DNA of 63,986 bases, the filler included, from Diploschistes diacapsis (Eukaryota), in assembly GCA_023645945.1 (NCBI GenBank). It is 6 parts of 6 records of this genome, joined end to end, with 100 filler letters (N's around TTAATTAATTAA, not from the genome) between each part and the next. Parts side by side here need not be neighbours in the genome. Positions count along the whole stretch, not along the records: positions 57,668 to 63,986 come from JALAIB010001412.1; 5 more parts are not named here. The stretch is one strand, 5' to 3'. Below are positions 57,668-63,986 of the stretch, in pieces (position 1 is the stretch's first letter; each line of letters opens with the position of its first letter). The translations under genes were made by a program, and so were the position numbers. A model generated the notes under the pieces. The model searched no databases and was not told the origin of the DNA. It saw nothing but the letters and a program-made list of their open reading frames with translations.

Positions 57668-58482
57668 GAAGGAGGGTTTTCGGCGGGTGAGGTGCTCAGT
57701 GGAGGGTGGTTGTATGATGATATGAAAAGAGGATAAGTAGTGTTTCGTGGGACGGGTGACGAGTTTGACGGAATCGGTGTCAAGGTAAGGAAAATCACCC
57801 TTCTGTAAGTGTGGTAAACTCACACCGCACGGCTTTAAAGATTACGGATAGGGCTGAACAAGGGACATCTTTTTATCGATAAGGGTTATCCCATCTATAT
57901 ATCCATGGGTAGTAATGGATAACACCCTCTTATGCAGAGTGAGTGACACAATAGGCAGCATAAGTAAAACATGAATTGGCTATTCATTGACAATTTCTTC
58001 AGTACTCAAGATGAGAGCAGTTGCCATCTATAGGTAGCACCATGGAATATAGCCCCAGACCCAGGTCCCCAGACACTATCGCAAGATTTCTACATTAGAC
58101 CAATTATTATCGAATAAACCGAGGGAGCCCGTTAGTCTAATCAGGCCTAGTTTCCATAAGAGCAGTGTGCATACTAACATCTTTGTTTGTTGTTGCGATA
58201 GGTAGAAAGAAAAGCTTATTTATCGACGCTCCAAATAACTCTATTAAGCCGGGAACAACAAATTGTTACAACAATGGTTACGAGAACAATGGATTATCAG
58301 AATAATCAACTCACAATGCTTTTGTAGGATAAGATACACGGGGGTCATGGATTTATAAATACCTGTGTATTCGGTGCCACTTGGAGGATCAACAACAGGT
58401 AGGAATACGAACACATTGCTTGCACTTGCCTCAAATCAGTACTCTGTGGCCATATTCCCTTCCACCAGACATCTTTATAACC

Positions 58483-58857
58483 ATGATTGGTGCAGACACC
58501 GTTTACGGTTGCGGCCATAAATATGATGTACAAACCCAGTTTTCAGCCTACCAATCTACCATGTGCAGGACATGCGATAAGGTGAAAGTGGCGAGCAGAA
58601 TCCGACACGAGGAAGCTCGGATTGAGACGATGATAGAGATCAATAAGCTCTTATCAGAGGCCAAATACGAGGAATTCGACAAAGTGCTCGACCTCGTAAA
58701 CCAAGATCCTAAATCTCTGAAGCGTGCTTGCGAGCTGGAAAGGGAATGGCTAGCCCTGGACTTTCGCATTCTCACAGATGAACTAGATCTGGACAACTTG
58801 GCTCGGCACGAGCAAGCAAAGTGGGAAGAGCGGTGGGGTGAAGCGTGGGAGAACTGA
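58483..58857 (+). CDS. Small hypothetical protein (YGCGH...CxxC plus charged helical C-terminus)
   Basis: 124-aa ORF from ATG 58483 with protein-like composition. The start is uncertain. Confidence 0.45.
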   Translation: MIGADTVYGCGHKYDVQTQFSAYQSTMCRTCDKVKVASRIRHEEARIETMIEINKLLSEAKYEEFDKVLDLVNQDPKSLKRACELEREWLALDFRILTDELDLDNLARHEQAKWEERWGEAWEN

Positions 58858-60025
58858 CAACACCAAAAGTGGCCAGTGTTGTGCTTGTAGGAATTATCCG
58901 TTCGCTCTCAGCTTGCCTTTCCTTCAACTGGTTCGGCGTGGAACATATAAAAGACGCGTATATGGCACGGGTAATGAATAAATGTTTGGATATCGGATAC
59001 AGATTATGAAGCATATGCCTAAGGTGACATGACCAGCATGGAGAAACATGGCTTCAAACGTAACAAGGTAGAATTCACAACAGCAAGAGATAGAATAGTA
59101 TTTCAGCCCTTAGCTGGGAACTGGCTGAAAGAAGACAAGCGGGAGCAAAAGGCCACTGGCAAAGGAAATCACTGATTTTCCCCGCAGGAATAGAAATAAA
59201 TGCTTTTCGTACCTTACCGCAATCATGGGCTTTATAATGGAGTATTTACAGAGCTCCAAGGCTCTTATTTACCAGGTGGGTTCAGATGGGGTAGATCTAT
59301 TCACTAAAGGGCGCCATGAAGAAACGCTGGAATTTGCCACAAAAATCATGTGCTCACCGTTTCATCGTTGTTCCGAACCGAACTCCACTCTTACTGTCTA
59401 CAACCCACAGCGGCGATTGGAATGCTAGACTCTCCGCTTTTAATACACTTTCAAGAGATTTCATTGGTTGGATATTTGGATTTAAGCTGGTGAGTGGGGC
59501 TTGACTACGGGGATACGTGCTAATATTTCAACTGCGCTAGGGCTTGTGTGCACAAACAAATCGGCCACCGGTTATAGTTTCTCCGCTTCGCTAAAGCCCT
59601 CTCATCGGGCCCTTGTTAACATGCGCCCGTACGTACCCGGGGCTCAGTATGGCCACTCTTTTTGACCTAGGTTTCCCGCTACAATGATAATGCGGTCGGC
59701 CAAAAATAGAGGGAAAGAAACATCCAAGTCAACCCCTGTCCTTCTCGTATCCACAACAATGTAAGGATAACTAACTCCTTGTGCTCCCCTGCTCACATTA
59801 CCTTCAATATGCTTCTCTTCTCTTTCTTTCTGGCGACATTTCATGTTCTCTGTTAACTGTGAAGTTTTAATTGACCTTTTCCAGAGTCTAATTCTCGACT
59901 TTGAACAACTCTCTTGAAACCGGCTCCTCCTGTCTCAGAGGCTCTGCCCTCCAAACCTCCTTTGCCTTCTCGCTACATCGTTCACTTTACACCGAAAAAA
60001 GCGTTTTCCCTACTCGATTGTCATC

Positions 60026-61047
60026 ATGCGATCACATCAGTACATAATCCATATCATACTTTATCTTTCGGTAGCAGCAGCCTGGCCATGGCCTCCAGAT
60101 TTTCATAAACTTGGTGGTGCTTTGGTGAGACGACAGAATGGTGCAGATGCTCCAAGCTGTATGAATTCCAGTGTAGCAATTTGAGTCGATAGTTCTAAAT
60201 TCTCCTTAGCAACATCGAAAGCGCCAGATTCCTCACAGTCAAAAGCCTTGCAATCGGCCGCCGTTTCCACGACCGATGGTTCACAAAGCGCCGCTGCAAC
60301 AACAGCAAAAGCCTCTGGCTCTGGGACGGCCGGTACAAATTCAGCAAAACCTACGGGGAGTGCTTCAGGCTCCGCGGCGAAAACATCGCCACCTTCGAAG
60401 ACTACTGGCAAGGGCTCTTCTCAGACCGGTCTCCCTGTCGCTTCGACGATTGCCCCGAATGCTCCACCTGGAGGCATCTCATTGATATCACCGGCAGCGG
60501 CAACCACGACATACTACAAGATTGGCTCGAACATCACGTTGGCATGGAACTACACATCGCTTCTGGCTCCCCCCAGCGCCATCGATGTGGTCGTATCAAA
60601 CTCCGCCAGCACTTACACTCTGACCCAAAACGCCAGCATTGTTGCAACACAAACCTTCATATGGGACACCAAGCAATACGAAAACCAGCAGAATCGTCTG
60701 CAGAACGCCTTTTACACCCTCGCTGTTTTCGATGCTGCTGCAGGCATTACCGCCGCACCAGAACCTGGACGTCTTAGCCCTTACGGTATTAACGCCCAGA
60801 TGGGTCTATACTCAACGCAACAGTATACGCCTTTAGCAAGTAAGTCGACCGTTTGGCCTACTTGGTGCGGTTATGTCTTCAAGATTCTCGCGCTAACAGA
60901 GGCTTCTTAGGTGGATGGATCTGTCCAAATTGTAACGGAGCGATGTCCATCGCTGAAGCTCAGACGCTGAAATTCGTCGGCATAATGTTTTCAATCACCC
61001 TCATGACGTTTGCATGGTTTGCCAATGGTCTCCTCCCGGGCATATAA
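60026..61047 (+). CDS. Conserved fungal secreted/membrane-anchored Ser/Thr-rich protein
   Basis: Exons 60026-60158, 60210-60839 and 60911-61047. Signal peptide (…VAAAWPWP), RR dibasic site, S/T-rich linker, PPGGISLISP...YYKIG..ITLAWNYTSL domain, CPNC and a C-terminal hydrophobic tail. Confidence 0.82.
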
Positions 61048-63590
61048 TGAGATTATATATCATCAAAATTCCCTCATAACGCGTAGTTTCGACACGGTCT
61101 CTCTCCAAATCCAACAGGCGCAGGCTAAAATTGCTGTCGGTCATGATTTGACACTTTGTATATTGGGTGGGTACATAAACATTGCATTGGAAAGTCATAA
61201 GAGGATATTCTTGACCTGGACATGTTACTCACAGTTCTTCATTGGGCGAGATGAAATAGTGCTACTGCATACAGGCGTCTTGGAATATGGTTGGCCACAT
61301 TAGCCACGGAACTGAGGCGGAACTCTGCGTTACTGGATCGTACGAAAAGGTGGAGAAGTATATGGTCGGAGTCGGCCATGGAAGTATTGGATATTCGAAA
61401 ATCACCTGGGGCGTTGAAGTTGAACGAATCGCTCAAAGGTGTTTTCATGGAGAGTGCGAATTGCGTCAATCATGCCAGGAACATGGTTTCGGAAGGACAG
61501 CATACTGCAGTATCACTAATCTACTGGGTCTATTCCCACGAGCTCTGCTTATTGCCTGCTTCGCAACACGTGTTCGATGTTAACCTTTCATGTCGTGACT
61601 GCGGTTGCAAATGTTGGATCCATCCAAGGCTTGTTCAGGTTCAATCACTTGTACCATGCAGGTCTACCGATCGGGCACGTTTGACTGGCACAAGGCGGAT
61701 GCCGCCCGCCTTGTAAGACCAGGAACAGTTTCGCTGGGCTAAAAGTGTGTAGCAAGCCATCAGAGGCGGCTTCTGGATCGGTGCTGCTAAGTTGCATAAT
61801 CAAACTATTTGCTGAAACAATCGCTAACGCCGCAGCTTGTGCTGTTCCGGCAATGCATGCAAGTGGCTGACAAGAGTTCTGCCCTGCTTTTGAAGTTTGC
61901 TTGTGTGGATTTTGGGCTCCGTTGCAGGCATCAACTCGTCTGCTGCCATTGCAACGGCTGTCATTTCTGTGTTATGGCTAGAGATTGGATGAATCTGGGT
62001 TTCGAGGTTGATATACTTCCCTTGAGCTCAAGCCCGTTCAAGATATGCCCGCAGAGAAAACATCCTGTACTACCACGATAAACAGGGCTTGCCTTTGCTC
62101 AGATCAACGTACACTATACAATTGTCACGATCTGTCGGGCTTAGATCTCCGCTTTGTCCATTGGGTAAGCAATTCCAAATTCGGTGTGCCTGATTCGGGC
62201 AGCGCTGTCGTAGTCCTTGATCGGTTTGTCCCTTTTCGCCTTAGGGAATCTTCAATCATGTCGTCACTTCCACCTGCCGTAGGGCTTTAAGCTTTGGGGT
62301 TTGGAGAACTCAACCAACTGACTGGGCTCACTTTTGCACTGGACCACTCAGAGTGCATTATTGATACGACATGAGAGAGGAGAGCGATATTGGAATTCTT
62401 GAAACGCAGGTAGGTTTATATCGCGTGCGGAACTGGCTAGACAAATCTCCGGAATGAGAAGACGTACTTTGCTTGGAATTACGAAATTATACTCAAAAGA
62501 TTCTGATGGTTGCTACCGAAGGAGTCAAGGACTTGGATCGTGTTTGGCCCTCTCTTGCACACGTGGATCGCTGGCCTTGCCAACGTCCGAGCTCTCTCTC
62601 AACAACGATTAGGAATGAATGACTTATTATCCAAGTTATAGGAACACAACAAAAGAAGCTAATGGACGCCTTGCGTAGAACCTGTGTATCTTGGGTTCGG
62701 CTTCTGCGGCCGCGGAAACGGCTCGACCGGTATCTTGCAGCGGATGATAGTCTACCAGATCGTCCTCCCACTCAACCTGGTACTCGGGTGAAGCATCGCA
62801 GAGACCAAACGGCAAGCATAGACTTTTGGCAAGGAAGCAATAATGGACCCAGCCTCGGACTTCGATTGCGTACGACTTCAAGCGCGGACCAGCTGCTGAT
62901 ACTTCCTTCCCGCCTTGCCTGAGGACGAAGTGGCGAGAGACATGAAGCCAGAAGGGCATAAACCTCGGGCTTTCCGGAGTCGTAGATGTTCGGAGGTGAG
63001 AACTGAATGCTTCCAGTCCCCTTCGCTTGGCCGTCTCCTTGCTTTCCTATGCTGTCCTGAACATCGACTCTGCTCGCACCTCCCATATTCGTGCTGCTAG
63101 GTTGTTCATACCTGCCCTAAAACAGCACACACAGTTCTTCACCTGCTTGGCCCTCCCACCCTCCTCCTTCCTCGCTTTCTCCATATGCTACGGCAACCAT
63201 TGAGTACGGAAGGAAATCTTCTCCCAGTCTCTCAAGCTATTTATGTCCGTCTTCGCCGTTCGACTTCTTCTTTTCTTCTTTTCTTCTTTGACCTTCTTAC
63301 AACTAAAAAGGGCTTCTTCTACAAACACCTCTAGTTCTCTTACTATACATTAAACCTGCAGTCTATCAGCCTTTATTGCACCTTTAGCCCCTCCCTCTTA
63401 CCGTAAAGACACTTACCGGCAAGTCTTCCCTCTCACTCCTCTGAGCAGCACGTTCCTCCCTCTCCGCTTTCCTCCATGTCCTGTCCCTTTCCTTCCTTCC
63501 ACCCTCGCTCCAAATAACGCTGTGCACCCATACTTCAAAGTCACTAACAAGCATCCCCTAGGAAACCGAAGCCAACCCGACTCCGCAACC

Positions 63591-63890
63591 ATGTCGTCCA
63601 GCAAGCCAAGCGCCACTTCCGCTTCCACCTCCACCCCGTCCGCCACCGTCAACGCAGCAGCGGCCGCTACCAAGACCGCTGCTCGCACCACCCAGCCAGC
63701 CACGCAAGCCGCCGCCCAGACCGCCGCCTCGGCCGTCAAGGCCCCAGCAGCCTGGACGGACAAGCACGACGCCTTCGTCCAGGCCGCGGCCGGTCGCGGC
63801 GAGGACAAGAAGAGCATCGCCGTCCTGCTCGAGACGGAATACCCTGCCTTGGGCCACGTCAACGAGCAGTTCGTTGCCAGCCGTATCTGA
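63591..63890 (+). CDS. Small hypothetical protein (99 aa), A/T/S-rich N-terminus plus a compact helical domain
   Basis: ATG in CAACCATG context, strong C/G third-position bias, and a long pyrimidine-rich leader. C-terminus WTDKHDAFV...GEDKKSIAVLLETEYP.L. Confidence 0.65.
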   Translation: MSSSKPSATSASTSTPSATVNAAAAATKTAARTTQPATQAAAQTAASAVKAPAAWTDKHDAFVQAAAGRGEDKKSIAVLLETEYPALGHVNEQFVASRI

Positions 63891-63986
63891 ATCCTCCACG
63901 AGAGGGATGCGTTCATGGGGAAGTTGGCTGGGTGGCGCACTGGGTCGGGGGCGGTTCGCAGGAGATTCTAGGGTTAGGGAAAAGGG

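Noticed and set aside
61239..63100. Scattered minus-strand ORF pieces, including EYQVEWED (vaguely chromodomain-like)
   Set aside because: No consistent exon chain or family motif could be assembled.

Overview
Gene-dense, intron-rich DNA from a filamentous ascomycete (Pezizomycotina; inferred from short GT-AG introns with CTAAC/CTGAC branch sites and from the gene content). The window is not contiguous. Five artificial 100-nt spacers (N44-TTAATTAATTAA-N44) join six contigs, and the four internal contigs are length-sorted (6913, 6912, 6911, 6905 bp), so they are not genomic neighbours. About 35 protein genes or gene fragments can be supported. Most are housekeeping genes (RPB9, ESS1/PIN1, SET9, pepP, rhomboid, LTA4H, CBP3, TIP41, Aurora kinase, ATP23, SWC5, GDI1, MRPL4, NOT2, CFD1, DLD2, an SNF2 ATPase), alongside several enzymes and orphans. 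Mobile DNA comprises two copies of a TA-flanked Tc1/mariner(pogo/Fot1)-type MITE, a second MITE with an 8-bp target duplication, a RIP-damaged Mutator-like relic with inverted repeats, and a 47-bp hairpin repeat present near two contig ends. The best candidates for something undescribed are (i) a ~240-nt intergenic rod-shaped, G.U-rich fold-back at 9080-9317 that looks like a structured ncRNA and (ii) the long RPB9 intron, whose in-frame read-through carries a CxxC motif. No tRNA, rRNA or CRISPR array was seen. All gene models were deduced by eye and have no transcript support.
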